From the NCBI GenBank assembly GCA_018653315.1, contig JABIAL010000021.1, positions 3,029-67,028 of the forward strand: a stretch of DNA of 64,000 nt, given 5' to 3'. This DNA is from a bacterium (GTDB lineage: Bacteria; Patescibacteriota; Patescibacteriia; UBA1558; GWA2-36-10). This document shows, in pieces, positions 1 to 9,511 of this stretch (positions within the stretch are counted from its first letter, which is position 1; every line of letters starts with the position of its first letter). The notes under the pieces were generated by a model. The model worked only from the letters and a program-made list of their open reading frames with translations. It had not been told where the DNA came from and did not search any database. The translations under genes were made by a program, and so were the position numbers.

Positions 1-38
1 AAGCGTTGTCATTCTATGTAGAATTGAGCTTTTAATAC

Positions 39-1004
39 TTAATCATTTTCATCTTCAATCTCCCCTACTAATTCTTCCAATAAATCTTCCATGGTTATCA
101 GGCCAATTACCTGATCTTCATTTTTTCTCTTAACAATGGCCATGTGGCTCTTTTTTTGTCTCATCTTAGCAAAAAGCTTATCTATCTTCGTATCTTCTGT
201 TACTTCTAAAATCGCTTGAATAAAATTTTCTAAGGGCTCCTCTCTTTTGTCACTATTCAAAATCTTCATTACATCTATAACATGAACATAACCAATAATA
301 TTATCTTTGTTGTTGCTATATACTGGGTAACGACTAAGTCCTTCTTGAGCCATAAAATACGCTACCTGATCAATTGCCGCATCTTTATTTAAAACAGCTG
401 CCTTATAAAAAGAAGTCATTACTTCTTTAACTATCTTATCGTTAAAAGATAAAACATTCATAATCATCTCGTGTTCTTCAAAATCAATCACCCCTTCTTC
501 TACTGCTAAACGGCTAAGCGCCTTAAATTCTTTTTCTGATACTATTTCTGGTTGTGCTCCTTTGGTTAAAACATATAAAACCTTTTCCATTAAAAACACG
601 ATGGGGAAAAATAAAATTTGCAAAGAATAAACCAAAGGTGCAAATAATAAGGACATTTTAGCAGCATTTATTTGAAACCAAGCTTTAGGGTACATTTCAC
701 CAAAAACTAAAATCAAAACAGTCATTACGCCAGTAGCAATACCAACACCAGCTGAACCAAATCTTTCTATCGCCCACATAGTAGCCAAAGAAGCAGCTCC
801 AATATTAACCAGATTATTACCTAATAAAATAATAGCCAATAATCTCCGTTTATTATTTAATAATTTCTGTAATATTTGCGAATTTGTTTTATTGGCTAAA
901 ACTAGCGATCTTAGTTTAGCAGAGGAGAGTGAAAATAAGGCGATTTCCATTCCAGAAAACCAACCAGATAGTAATATGAGTATAACTAATATAATTAAGG
1001 TCAT
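39..1004 (-). CDS. CorC/TlyC-family (DUF21 + CBS pair) hemolysin-like / Mg-Co efflux-type membrane protein
   Basis: 321 aa. N-terminal 4-TM DUF21-like region, followed by CBS-pair-like segments and a CorC-type C-terminal domain. Confidence 0.75.
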   Translation of the reverse strand: MTLIILVILILLSGWFSGMEIALFSLSSAKLRSLVLANKTNSQILQKLLNNKRRLLAIILLGNNLVNIGAASLATMWAIERFGSAGVGIATGVMTVLILVFGEMYPKAWFQINAAKMSLLFAPLVYSLQILFFPIVFLMEKVLYVLTKGAQPEIVSEKEFKALSRLAVEEGVIDFEEHEMIMNVLSFNDKIVKEVMTSFYKAAVLNKDAAIDQVAYFMAQEGLSRYPVYSNNKDNIIGYVHVIDVMKILNSDKREEPLENFIQAILEVTEDTKIDKLFAKMRQKKSHMAIVKRKNEDQVIGLITMEDLLEELVGEIEDEND

Positions 1005-1251
1005 GTTTTTTTGTTATTAAAAAATACCCGCAAAAACAGGTATTACTATTTATTAAGTTGATTATTTTTTATCTTTGTAGGGTTTGGTTCTTCTAAACTA
1101 CTCATATCTATATGATAGCAAATTTTTTCTTTTAAGTCACTATCACTGATCAAGTTATTAATAAGCCATGAAGGATAAGCTGAGATTTTTAAAAATGATT
1201 GCGACGTGCCATCCGTAGCTTCGAGCGTAAATGAGAAGCGGAAGCGAAGGA

Positions 1252-1326
1252 TGGTGACCCCACCAGGAATCGAACCTGAATCTAGAACTTAGGAGGTTCT
1301 TGTTTTATCCGTTAAACTATGGGGTC
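1252..1326 (-). tRNA. tRNA-Arg (anticodon CCT)
   Basis: The reverse complement folds as a cloverleaf. Acceptor GACCCCA/TGGGGTC, anticodon stem AGAAC/GTTCT with loop CTCCTAA, T-loop TTCGATT, encoded CCA. Confidence 0.75.
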
Positions 1327-1697
1327 TAAAAATTCCCGAGAATTATGAAATTATGCTTTGATTTTACTTAATATTAAATAAAATAATGTGTCGTAAAATA
1401 TTGTTTATTAAGCTCTTTTTTTAGAATATTTTAGTTAAAAAATCAAACTTATTATCCAAAAAATACAAAACTACAAAAACAAACAATAAGCCTAAGGATA
1501 AAAACATTGACCTTCTAATATCGCTTTTCAAAGATACTATTTTGTCCATAATCTTTTTTATTTATTTATAAAGTATTAGTATTGTATTATAAGCAAATAA
1601 AAAAGTCTATCCCAAGCTATATTATTAATTAAATACGCTTTTGACTTTTTCATAGTTTTGCCCTAAGATAAACTAGCTTATAATTGATATTTAACTT

Positions 1698-2171
1698 ATG
1701 TTTAGCAAAAATCAACCTGTACATCAGGTAAAAAACATTGAAACTATTATCGGCCCATCAGTTAAAGTCGAGGGCGACTTCACAGGTGAAGGGGACTTAG
1801 TGATTGAAGGAATGCTAGTTGGTAATCTGTCCACCAAAAATAATTTAAAAGTTGGACAAAATGCTATTATTCAAGCAACAGTTAAAGCAAACAATGCTTT
1901 TATCTCTGGCAAAGTAAAAGGTGACATCACTGTTAAGGGTAAACTAGAGATCACCAGCACTGCTGTTATTTTGGGCGATATTAAGGCTCAAATTATCTCC
2001 ATCGAAAGCGGGGCTTTAATCAAGGGTTCTCTTGTGATGTCTGTTGGTGAAATAAAAATGGAAACCGAAGAGGTAATTGAAGAAAAAATAAAACCAACAA
2101 GCAAAGAAGAAAAGGTAGTAGAAAAAATAAAAGTCGCAGACCTCGAGCGAAGCCAAGAGGAAGATAAATAA
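1698..2171 (+). CDS. bactofilin (polymer-forming cytoskeletal protein) with acidic K/E-rich C-terminal tail
   Basis: 157 aa. The repetitive beta-helical bactofilin core (VKVEGDFTGEGDLVIEG...ISGKVKGDITVKGKLEI) is recognisable by eye. Confidence 0.8.
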   Translation: MFSKNQPVHQVKNIETIIGPSVKVEGDFTGEGDLVIEGMLVGNLSTKNNLKVGQNAIIQATVKANNAFISGKVKGDITVKGKLEITSTAVILGDIKAQIISIESGALIKGSLVMSVGEIKMETEEVIEEKIKPTSKEEKVVEKIKVADLERSQEEDK

Positions 2172-2180
2172 ACGGAGGGT

Positions 2181-2927
2181 ATGTATCTTTATATTTACGA
2201 TTCTTTTTTGAATCATAAAAAATATAACGATCTCTTAATTAAAATAGAAAAGCGAATTACTGACCTAGGGATCAAAGGCAAGGTAGCCAGATTGTCTGTA
2301 CTAAAAAACATGAAGGAACTTATTCTTGATGGAGTAAGAGATGGAGTACAGACGGTGGTGGTCATTGGTAACAACCAAAGCTTTGCTAAAGTCATCAACA
2401 TCGTAGCCGATCTTGATGTTACTTTGGGTTTTGTGCCAGTAGATAATAATAGCTCTATTGCTAAAATGTTAGGTGTGCCGCCTGGTGTATTGGCTTGTGA
2501 GATTTTAGCTTCTCGGATTATCAAAAAAATAGATCTTGGTAAAATAAACAATCACTACTTTATTGATCATGCTGAAATTATTAATGGTGATGTAGTAATT
2601 GAATATGCTAATTTCAAAATTACCCCAACCACTAATGAAAACAAAATTACTCTTTATAATTTTGCTGGACAAAATATAAGCGTCGGTTCAAAACCGGCCG
2701 ATGGTATCTTAGAGGCTGTTATTACTCCGGTGAAATCAACAATGTTTGGCAAAAAGACTATTCCTGAAACCGTTCTGCCGTTTACTAAAATTAAGATTGG
2801 TAGTAATTCCGAAGAACAAGTTTCTATTGTTACTGATGAACAAATAATAATGAAAACGCCAGCTGAAATTGTTGTGGCACCACAAAAATTAAAAATTATT
2901 GTTGGCTCAGACCGACACTTTGAATAA
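2181..2927 (+). CDS. DAGK/YegS-like lipid-kinase-fold protein with degenerate catalytic motifs
   Basis: 248 aa. VVVIGNNQSF and GFVPVDNNSSIAKMLGV align to the GGDGT and PxGTGNDxAR motifs of DAGK_cat, but the catalytic residues are replaced. Confidence 0.4.
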   Translation: MYLYIYDSFLNHKKYNDLLIKIEKRITDLGIKGKVARLSVLKNMKELILDGVRDGVQTVVVIGNNQSFAKVINIVADLDVTLGFVPVDNNSSIAKMLGVPPGVLACEILASRIIKKIDLGKINNHYFIDHAEIINGDVVIEYANFKITPTTNENKITLYNFAGQNISVGSKPADGILEAVITPVKSTMFGKKTIPETVLPFTKIKIGSNSEEQVSIVTDEQIIMKTPAEIVVAPQKLKIIVGSDRHFE

Positions 2928-3005
2928 TAAAAAATAACACCTCATAATTTGTCATTCTGAATTTATTTCAGAATCTAACAAACTTAATATTTAATACTAG
3001 CTAGA

Positions 3006-3034
3006 CCCTGAATCAAGTTCAGGGTGATTTTTTT
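3006..3034 (+). terminator. rho-independent terminator downstream of the 2181-2927 CDS
   Basis: Hairpin CCCTGAA-tcaag-TTCAGGG followed by TGATTTTTTT. Confidence 0.6.
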
Positions 3035-3070
3035 AAAAGGAATTTTTTTATTTGACGAAATTTATATAAA

Positions 3071-3110
3071 TAAAAAACCACCCCAAGTGTAGTCGAAGGG
3101 TGATTTTTTT
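3071..3110. terminator. bidirectional hairpin terminator (serves yidC on the minus strand)
   Basis: CACCC...GGGTG stem with a T-run on the plus strand and an A-run (T-run on minus) on the other flank. Shares the GGGTGATTTTTTT tail with the 3006 terminator. Confidence 0.45.
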
Positions 3111-3113
3111 AAT

Positions 3114-3836
3114 TTAAGATTTTGTTTCGACAACTTCTACTTCTGGTTTCTTTTTCTTAAACCCTAGTACCATATATTGTTGGAAAACTGAGAACAAAGT
3201 AGTTAGCAACCAATAAAAAGTAAGTCCAGCTGGAAAACTTGCTCCGATAACAATGGTAATTATTGGCAAGAAATACATCATCTGATTAGTCATGGCAGCC
3301 GCTGGATTTTTAGCCTTACTCTTACTCATCATCATCTTAGATTGCCAAAACTGAGCTGCGCCAGCTAACACTGCTAGCACGATGCTTTTATCACTTAAGT
3401 TCAAAAAACCAAAAGCCATAATATCCAAAGATTGTGGATTGGCTACAAAAGTATATAATGAACTGCTATCAAAAATCGCTCCGTCTTTTAACTCATTGAA
3501 AAATACCCGATAAATCGCGAACAAAAAAGGAAGTTGAACCAACATTGGTAAACAAGATCCAAAGGGATTAATTTTTCTTTCTTTATATAGTGCCATTATT
3601 TCCGGCCCCATCTTTTCTTTATTGTCTTTGTATTTTTCTTTGATCGCTTCTATCTCTGGTTGAATGGTTTGTAAAGATTTTTGTGATCTAATTGCTTGTT
3701 TGGACAGGGGATACAAAATCAAACGAACAATGATAGTCAAAAAGACTATTGCTAGACCAAGATCTTGCCAGGCAATAGTATTGTATAAAAAAACTAATAA
3801 ATTAAAGATTGGTTGGTAAAAAATGGTAAAAAACAT
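3114..3836 (-). CDS. yidC: membrane protein insertase YidC (short form)
   Basis: 240 aa polytopic protein. Sits in the conserved rpmH-rnpA-yidD-yidC order, with characteristic C-terminal TM pattern and a basic tail. Confidence 0.85.
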   Translation of the reverse strand: MFFTIFYQPIFNLLVFLYNTIAWQDLGLAIVFLTIIVRLILYPLSKQAIRSQKSLQTIQPEIEAIKEKYKDNKEKMGPEIMALYKERKINPFGSCLPMLVQLPFLFAIYRVFFNELKDGAIFDSSSLYTFVANPQSLDIMAFGFLNLSDKSIVLAVLAGAAQFWQSKMMMSKSKAKNPAAAMTNQMMYFLPIITIVIGASFPAGLTFYWLLTTLFSVFQQYMVLGFKKKKPEVEVVETKS

Positions 3837-3890
3837 TGTTATCTTTTTTTATTTAATAAATAATTACGTGTATTATACAGTATATATATT

Positions 3891-4163
3891 TTATAATAAA
3901 GGATCATCTCCACCCTTAGCCCAAGGATGACAACGAAAAATTCGTCGCATGCCCTTGAATCCTCCTTTAACTGCTCCATATTTTTCTATCGCTTGATAGG
4001 TATATTCAGAACAATGTGGTTTAAATCGGCAGTGCCCAAGTGGGTATTTATATTTAAACCAACCCATGTCTGGTGATAACGTGTGTTGGTATATCCGAAT
4101 CAGTACTAATAAAAAAATTCTTAGTGGTCTTTCTAAAAAATAATAAACCTCATTTACCCGCAT
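3891..4163 (-). CDS. yidD: membrane protein insertion efficiency factor YidD
   Basis: 90 aa. CRFxPxCSEY and HPWAKGGDDP motifs. Positioned between rnpA and yidC. Confidence 0.8.
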   Translation of the reverse strand: MRVNEVYYFLERPLRIFLLVLIRIYQHTLSPDMGWFKYKYPLGHCRFKPHCSEYTYQAIEKYGAVKGGFKGMRRIFRCHPWAKGGDDPLL

Positions 4164-4497
4164 AAACTCCTATTTTAGCTAATGCAAATTTAAACTGTTT
4201 AGTAATGGTAGCAAAGTCTAGTTCTAATGCCTTTTTTCTAGCAATAACCAAAATCGAATAACCATCCTTAATATCTGGTAATAAATCTTTAATTGCTTCT
4301 CGCATTTGTCTTTTAATGCGATTTCTAGCAACTGCTTTTTTATCTACCTTAGTAGAAACCACAAAAGCTATTTTACTTGGTTTTTCTTTGGTCTTTTGAT
4401 ATTTAATAATAAATTCAGGCAAAAAAAACGTCTGACCCTGACGGATCAAACTTTTTATTTCCGTTTCTTTATGTAATCTATAAGCTACTGGTAACAT
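4150..4497 (-). CDS. rnpA: ribonuclease P protein component
   Basis: 115 aa basic protein of RnpA type, located downstream of rpmH. Confidence 0.85.
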   Translation of the reverse strand: MLPVAYRLHKETEIKSLIRQGQTFFLPEFIIKYQKTKEKPSKIAFVVSTKVDKKAVARNRIKRQMREAIKDLLPDIKDGYSILVIARKKALELDFATITKQFKFALAKIGVYAGK

Positions 4498-4581
4498 AGC
4501 ACTTAAACTTAAAACCTTACTAACTAATAGCTTCGTAGTGAAGTTTTCATGTTTAGATAAATTTTATAATAAAAAACACCC

Positions 4582-4722
4582 TTAGACAGTAAGACTATCT
4601 CTCTTTTTGATACGACGTCTTTTTAGTATGTTGCGACCACCATTTGTTGCCATTCTTGCTCTAAAACCATGTGTTCTAGCTCTTTTTCTGGTTTTTGGTT
4701 GGTACGTTCTTTTAGTAGCCAT
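4582..4722 (-). CDS. rpmH: 50S ribosomal protein L34
   Basis: Not in the ORF track because it is under 60 aa. The minus strand translates to [46 protein letters not shown], a canonical L34. Confidence 0.85.
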   Translation of the reverse strand: MATKRTYQPKTRKRARTHGFRARMATNGGRNILKRRRIKKRDSLTV

Positions 4723-4741
4723 GAATTTATTTATTATAATC

Positions 4742-4762
4742 CCTGCCTACCGGACAGGCAGG
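4742..4762. repeat. copy A of the palindromic repeat family (CCTGCCTaCCGGaCAGGCAGG)
   Basis: Inverted arms CCTGCCT/AGGCAGG around a CCGG core. Lies between the rpmH start and the dnaA upstream region. Confidence 0.6.
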
Positions 4763-4836
4763 CGCCTTCTAATGAGAAAAGTTAAATTGAACTGCTTTAA
4801 GATAACATGTTTTTATTATTTTGACAAGGCCAAACC

Positions 4837-4845
4837 TTGTCCACA
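4837..4845 (+). promoter_or_regulatory. DnaA-box-like 9-mer TTGTCCACA upstream of dnaA
   Basis: One mismatch to TTATCCACA. Lies in the AT-rich rpmH-dnaA spacer. Confidence 0.3.
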
Positions 4846-4955
4846 GTAACCCACATTTTATTAACACCTTATTAACTATTGACCCGTTTAAGTAAAACTA
4901 AATTTATGGTATATTGTATGATATTGATTAAAAAACTACCAAAAAATCATAAAAT

Positions 4956-6323
4956 ATGAGTAATCACGATAAAAATTGGCAAAGTGTGTTAGGAGAACTG
5001 GAGCTTTTAATTAGCCGGGCTAATTTTACAACCTGGTTCAAAAACACTTTTATTTTTGAAACCGGTGAAAAAGAAGTGATTATTGGTGTGCCAAATGCCT
5101 TTACTAAGGTTTGGCTGGAAAAGAAGTACCATAAAAACATCGTAAAAGCTTTAGGAAACGTGTTATCAAAAAGTAATCTACAGGTTATCTACAGGGTAGC
5201 AAACCAAGATAATTCAACTAATGTTAGCAAAAAAACAATAAATCCTGTTAAAATATCTGAGCCACCTGTGAATAACTTTAATGAAAACAGAAGCTCTAAT
5301 CGCTTTGGTCTAAACCCTAAATATACCTTTCAAAGCTTTATTGTTGGCCCCGGTAATGAACTGGCTCAGGCAGCCGCTCAGGCAGCCGCTAAAAAACCAG
5401 GTGAATTATACAACCCCTTATTTATTTACGGTGGTGTTGGCTTAGGTAAAACCCATTTAGTACAGGCTGTTGGAAACTATCTTTTAGCTAAGGATAGCAC
5501 AAAAAAAATATTATACATCAATAGTGAAAAGTTTACTAATGACTTTATTTATGCTATTAAAAATGGCCGTACCGAACAATTTAAACAAAATTATCGTGAA
5601 GTTGATGTCTTATTAATAGATGATATTCAATTTATCGCTGGAAAAGAGCAGACTCAGGAAGAATTTTTCCACACTTTTAATGCTTTACACCAAAATAACA
5701 AACAAATAGTCATTTCCTCAGATAGACCGCCAAAGGCTATTCCGGCTATTGAAAGTCGTTTAATTTCTCGTTTTGAGTGGGGAATGATAGCTGATATCTC
5801 TTTTCCTGATCTAGAAACAAGAATGGCTATTTTAGAGGTAAAGTGCCAAGAAAAAAACTGTGTTCTAGACGAAGATATCATTACTTATATTGCTAAAAGT
5901 ATTCAAGATAATATTAGAGAGCTAGAAGGGGCACTTAATAGAATTATTGCCTTTCATCAATTAAACAACACTAAACCAAGCCTTGAGAGCGTCCGTTCTA
6001 TTTTGGGTGGTATTTCTGCCAACCCAAAACGAGCCGGATTAACTGTTAAAAAATTACTGAGCATTGTAATTGACTTTTATGGTATTTCTTTAGATGATAT
6101 TTTAGGTAGCAGTAGAAAAAGAGAATTAGTCACCCCTCGTCAAATAGCGATGTTTTTAATGCGAGAAGAGCTTAAATCGTCTTATCCTAGCATTGGACAG
6201 GGTTTAGGGGGTAGAGACCACACCACGGCGATGCATGCTTGTATAAAAATAACAAAGATCATCGATGTTGATGAAAAAATAAAAAATGACGTGGCTGTTT
6301 TACGCCAAAAAATGTATGAATAA
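4956..6323 (+). CDS. dnaA: chromosomal replication initiator protein DnaA
   Basis: 455 aa. Walker A GGVGLGKTHL, AAA+ box, and the C-terminal DNA-binding domain signature. Confidence 0.95.
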   Translation: MSNHDKNWQSVLGELELLISRANFTTWFKNTFIFETGEKEVIIGVPNAFTKVWLEKKYHKNIVKALGNVLSKSNLQVIYRVANQDNSTNVSKKTINPVKISEPPVNNFNENRSSNRFGLNPKYTFQSFIVGPGNELAQAAAQAAAKKPGELYNPLFIYGGVGLGKTHLVQAVGNYLLAKDSTKKILYINSEKFTNDFIYAIKNGRTEQFKQNYREVDVLLIDDIQFIAGKEQTQEEFFHTFNALHQNNKQIVISSDRPPKAIPAIESRLISRFEWGMIADISFPDLETRMAILEVKCQEKNCVLDEDIITYIAKSIQDNIRELEGALNRIIAFHQLNNTKPSLESVRSILGGISANPKRAGLTVKKLLSIVIDFYGISLDDILGSSRKRELVTPRQIAMFLMREELKSSYPSIGQGLGGRDHTTAMHACIKITKIIDVDEKIKNDVAVLRQKMYE

Positions 6324-6593
6324 ATCCCCTTAATAAGCTGTTAATAAACACTGGATAGAAGCTAAGTGCTTTGTTAATAAATAACGACTTATCAACACAC
6401 TTTTTTCACAAAGCAAAACTTATTCACATTTTCAAAAACATAAACACCACTAATCAACCGTTTATCCCAAGTTAAAATTCATCGTTTTGAATAAAAAAGT
6501 TTAACAAAATTAAATAAAACCCCACACTTATTAACATATCAACAGGCCTTACTACTACTACTATTTATATATAAATAACTAATATATAATTAT

Positions 6594-7688
6594 ATGCACT
6601 TAAGTTGCACACAAGAAAATCTAAATAAAGGACTAGGACTGGTCTCACATATTGCCAATAAAAATAGCAACCTACCAATCTTAAATAATGTTCTCTTAAA
6701 AGCAGGTAAGAACGGCTTAACTTTAGTTACGACTGATCTAGAGATAGGGATTAAGGTTTTTGTTAGAAGCAAGGTAGAGGAAGAGGGTAGTTTTACAGTA
6801 GCTGCTAAACTATTAAATGAATTTATAGGTTTATTGCCAAGAGAAAATATAAATATAGCATTAAAAGAAGATAATCTTTATATTAAAAGCCAAAACCACA
6901 AAACCAATATTAAAGGATTAGAGGCCGAAGACTTTCCACTTATTCCAGAGATCGAAAAAGAAAATGAAGTTGAATTAAGTATTACAGAATTTAAAACAGC
7001 CCTAAGCCAAACCGTATTCGCCGCTTCTTTGGATGGTTCTCGAGCAGAAATCAACGCTGTTAACTTTTGTTTTTCCAAAGATGAACTAATAATGGCAGCC
7101 ACAGATAGTTATCGTTTAGCCGAAAAAAGATTAAGTATAAACAATAGTCAGGAGAAGTCGTTAATTATTCCACTGAAAACAATTCAGGAATTATTAAGAA
7201 TCCTAAACGACCAAGCAGAGCAGAAATTAAAGCTTTATTTTAATGAAAATCAAATCATGTTTGTTTTTGATGGGGTGGAATTAATTTCTCGTGTAGTAGA
7301 AGGGAAGTATCCAGACTATCAACAAATTATACCAAGTGATTTTAGCACTACTGCAAAATGTGAAACAAACAAGCTTATTCCTGCTATAAAATCCGCTGCT
7401 TTGTTTTGTAAACAGGGCATAAATGACGTTCGCTTAAGTTTTGCTAAAAATGAAATTGTAATTGCCTCTGCTTCTTCTGCTGTTGGTGAAAATGTTATTA
7501 AAGTGCCAGCTGAGGTTACCGGTGATGAGAACGACATTGTTTTTAACTTTAGATATTTATTAGATGGCCTAAGCAACATTGGCAAACAAGAGGTTGTGTT
7601 TAATATTAATAACAACGCCTCACCTGGTTTGTTACAAGGTAAAAATAATAAAAACTATCTTTATTTGATTATGCCAATTAGACAATAA
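6594..7688 (+). CDS. dnaN: DNA polymerase III beta sliding clamp
   Basis: 364 aa with three-domain clamp architecture. Located immediately downstream of dnaA. Confidence 0.9.
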   Translation: MHLSCTQENLNKGLGLVSHIANKNSNLPILNNVLLKAGKNGLTLVTTDLEIGIKVFVRSKVEEEGSFTVAAKLLNEFIGLLPRENINIALKEDNLYIKSQNHKTNIKGLEAEDFPLIPEIEKENEVELSITEFKTALSQTVFAASLDGSRAEINAVNFCFSKDELIMAATDSYRLAEKRLSINNSQEKSLIIPLKTIQELLRILNDQAEQKLKLYFNENQIMFVFDGVELISRVVEGKYPDYQQIIPSDFSTTAKCETNKLIPAIKSAALFCKQGINDVRLSFAKNEIVIASASSAVGENVIKVPAEVTGDENDIVFNFRYLLDGLSNIGKQEVVFNINNNASPGLLQGKNNKNYLYLIMPIRQ

Positions 7689-7693
7689 AATAA

Positions 7694-8257
7694 ATGATCT
7701 CTTTTTTACAAGGAAAAATTTTTCAGAAGAACGAAAGAAACATTACACTACTAGTAAACAACATTGGTTATAAGATTTTTTTAAACCAACTTTTTTTGAG
7801 CGAGCTTAAGTTAGAACAAGAGGCGCGGTTTTTTATTCACACGCATATTAAAGATGACGCCTTTGATTTGTATGGGTTTAGAAATACAGATGAGTTGGAA
7901 TTTTTTATACAATTACTATCTGTATCTGGTGTTGGTCCAAAAAGTGCGGTTAATATTTTGGGTTTAGCGAAACTAAATGATTTAAAAAAAGCCATTACCA
8001 GTGGTGATCCGAGTATTTTACAAAAAGTAGCAGGCATCGGTAAAAAAACAGCCGAAAGATTAGTGGTGGAGTTAAAAGAAAAAATAATTACCGACCTATC
8101 AGAGGCATTTATTCTTGGCGACGATGATAATCAAGTAGTAGAGGCTTTGGTATCCTTGGGTTATAAAGAAAAAGACATTAAAGTGCTAATTAAAGATTTA
8201 AAACTAGAGGGTAGTCTAGCTGATAAAGTTAAAATGACACTAAGGTCAATCAATTAA
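7694..8257 (+). CDS. ruvA: Holliday junction branch migration protein RuvA
   Basis: 187 aa with HhH motifs (SVSGVGPKSAVNIL, VAGIGKKTAERL) and an RuvA C-terminal domain. Confidence 0.85.
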   Translation: MISFLQGKIFQKNERNITLLVNNIGYKIFLNQLFLSELKLEQEARFFIHTHIKDDAFDLYGFRNTDELEFFIQLLSVSGVGPKSAVNILGLAKLNDLKKAITSGDPSILQKVAGIGKKTAERLVVELKEKIITDLSEAFILGDDDNQVVEALVSLGYKEKDIKVLIKDLKLEGSLADKVKMTLRSIN

Positions 8258-8267
8258 TAAATAAAAT

Positions 8268-9284
8268 ATGTTTATTTCTAGAAATATTTTAAACCACGAT
8301 AATTTTTTGGCCGAAGAATTTATTTCCGGAGCTTTTTTACAAGGCTCGATCTGGAAAGATTTTTTAGAGGCTCAAAAGAAAGAACTATGGCAACTAACAA
8401 TTACAAATCAAGAAAACAAGGTTTTAGCACTCTGTGTTTTTTATGAAAATAGACTGTGGTTTGGTAAGAGTTATTTATATGCGCCAAAGGGGCCAATTTT
8501 TAGTAATGAATTAAGCGAAGCAGAAAAACAAGAGGCCTTAAGCTTGATTCTTTCTCAAATTAGAGACATAACTATTGCCACACATCGTTACGAAGAGCTT
8601 TTTTGTAAACTAGAACCAAACACGACTGTTTTAGCACCACCTGAATTAAACAACGAAGACACAGTTCAACCAAAAGACACGCTTGTTTTAGAGCTAGATA
8701 AAACAGTGGAGCAATTATTAGCTGACATGCACCCAAAGACAAGGTATAACATTGCCTTGGCTAATAAAAAAGGAGTAAAAATAAGAGTAAGTCAAAAACA
8801 AGAAGATTTAAAACATTTTTTAAGTTTAATAAAAAAAACCGCCTCTAGACAACAGATAAATACACACTCAGAAAAATATTATCAGATTTTATGGCAAAGT
8901 CTATTAAAAAATAACACCGGCAAATTATACTTAGCAGAAATTAATGGAAAAATTGTAGCAGCTAATTTGTTAATAGAGTTTGGCAATGCCGTTACTTATC
9001 TACATGGTGCTTCTGATTATGAACATCGAAAATTTATGGCACCACACTTGTTACAATGGCAGGCCATTAAGGATGCTAAGGAAAATAATTTTGAGATTTA
9101 TGATTTTTGGGGAATTGCTCCAGCCGATGGCAGTAAACCAAAATGGGAGGGATTTACTAGATTTAAAAAAGGCTTTGGTGGTAGAATAATATCATACCCA
9201 GGAACAAAGATTTTTGTTTATAATAGACAGTGGTATAGTCTTTATTTATTAGCCAAAAAAATATTAAGTATTATAAAAAAATAA
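8268..9284 (+). CDS. FemAB-family peptidyl/aminoacyl transferase (peptidoglycan branch formation)
   Basis: 338 aa. FemABX-like segments (YLHGASDYEHRKFMAPHLLQWQAIKDAKENNFEIYDFWGI). Confidence 0.65.
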   Translation: MFISRNILNHDNFLAEEFISGAFLQGSIWKDFLEAQKKELWQLTITNQENKVLALCVFYENRLWFGKSYLYAPKGPIFSNELSEAEKQEALSLILSQIRDITIATHRYEELFCKLEPNTTVLAPPELNNEDTVQPKDTLVLELDKTVEQLLADMHPKTRYNIALANKKGVKIRVSQKQEDLKHFLSLIKKTASRQQINTHSEKYYQILWQSLLKNNTGKLYLAEINGKIVAANLLIEFGNAVTYLHGASDYEHRKFMAPHLLQWQAIKDAKENNFEIYDFWGIAPADGSKPKWEGFTRFKKGFGGRIISYPGTKIFVYNRQWYSLYLLAKKILSIIKK

Positions 9285-9285
9285 T

Positions 9286-9510
9286 ATGAAAGAAGTTTTG
9301 ATGCCAGAAATAAAAAGTGATCCAAGCACTGATTTTGTGGTAGATTCAAAATCAGATCCAGAACACGACATACACAAGGGTAATTGTTCTTCTTGTGGTA
9401 ATGAGTTTTCTATTTTTGTTCCTAAAAAAGACAAGGGCTGCAGTGTAGGCACTGCCGGAGAACTTGATAAAACATTAGAGACAAAACTTTGCCCTAATTG
9501 TAGAGATTAA
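9286..9510 (+). CDS. small zinc-ribbon protein (CxxC...CxxC), hypothetical
   Basis: 74 aa with CSSCGNEF...CPNCRD. Tightly packed between the FemAB-like gene and the Mur ligase. Confidence 0.35.
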   Translation: MKEVLMPEIKSDPSTDFVVDSKSDPEHDIHKGNCSSCGNEFSIFVPKKDKGCSVGTAGELDKTLETKLCPNCRD

Positions 9511-9511
9511 T

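Noticed and set aside
1200-1251. G-rich segment (GCGACGTGCC...GAAGCGGAAGCGAAGGATGG) just beyond the 3' end of tRNA-Arg as a possible second RNA gene or CRISPR-like repeat
   Set aside because: It cannot be folded into a tRNA or any recognisable RNA motif. The short GAAGCG duplication is too small to call a repeat array. It most likely holds the processing/terminator structure of the tRNA transcript.
2016-2216. Antisense/overlapping short ORFs (2016-2216, 2213-2551, 5654-5881, 6590-6772, 6878-7102, 7319-7615, 7837-8037, 8980-9189, 9264-9452, 10501-10743, 14283-14510, 15652-15858, 17315-17527, 19978-20217, 21705-21887, 23529-23714, 26672-26986, 28906-29088, 29781-29966, 31202-31504, 31940-32125, 33079-33303, 33484-33669, 33686-33961, 34021-34281, 34898-35089, 35651-35944, 35811-35999, 37472-37690, 38293-38478, 39309-39695, 46458-46754, 47271-47456, 48114-48320, 49000-49200, 49610-49852, 49879-50103, 50845-51057, 52421-52654, 58296-58694, 58826-59044, 59837-60049, 60156-60341, 62227-62469, 62875-63123)
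   Set aside because: Each lies inside, or largely overlaps, a longer ORF with clear homology-type signatures on the other strand or frame. None shows an independent motif or RBS.
4607-4849. 80-aa plus-strand ORF in the rpmH-dnaA spacer
   Set aside because: It overlaps the real minus-strand rpmH (canonical L34 translation) and runs through the palindromic repeat. Its amino-acid sequence is low-complexity and frame-artefact-like.
4879-4915. TTGACC...TGGTATATT as a dnaA promoter
   Set aside because: The spacing between the -35-like and the extended -10-like elements is about 25 nt, too long for a single sigma70 promoter. The elements may belong to separate promoters, so it is not reported as a feature.
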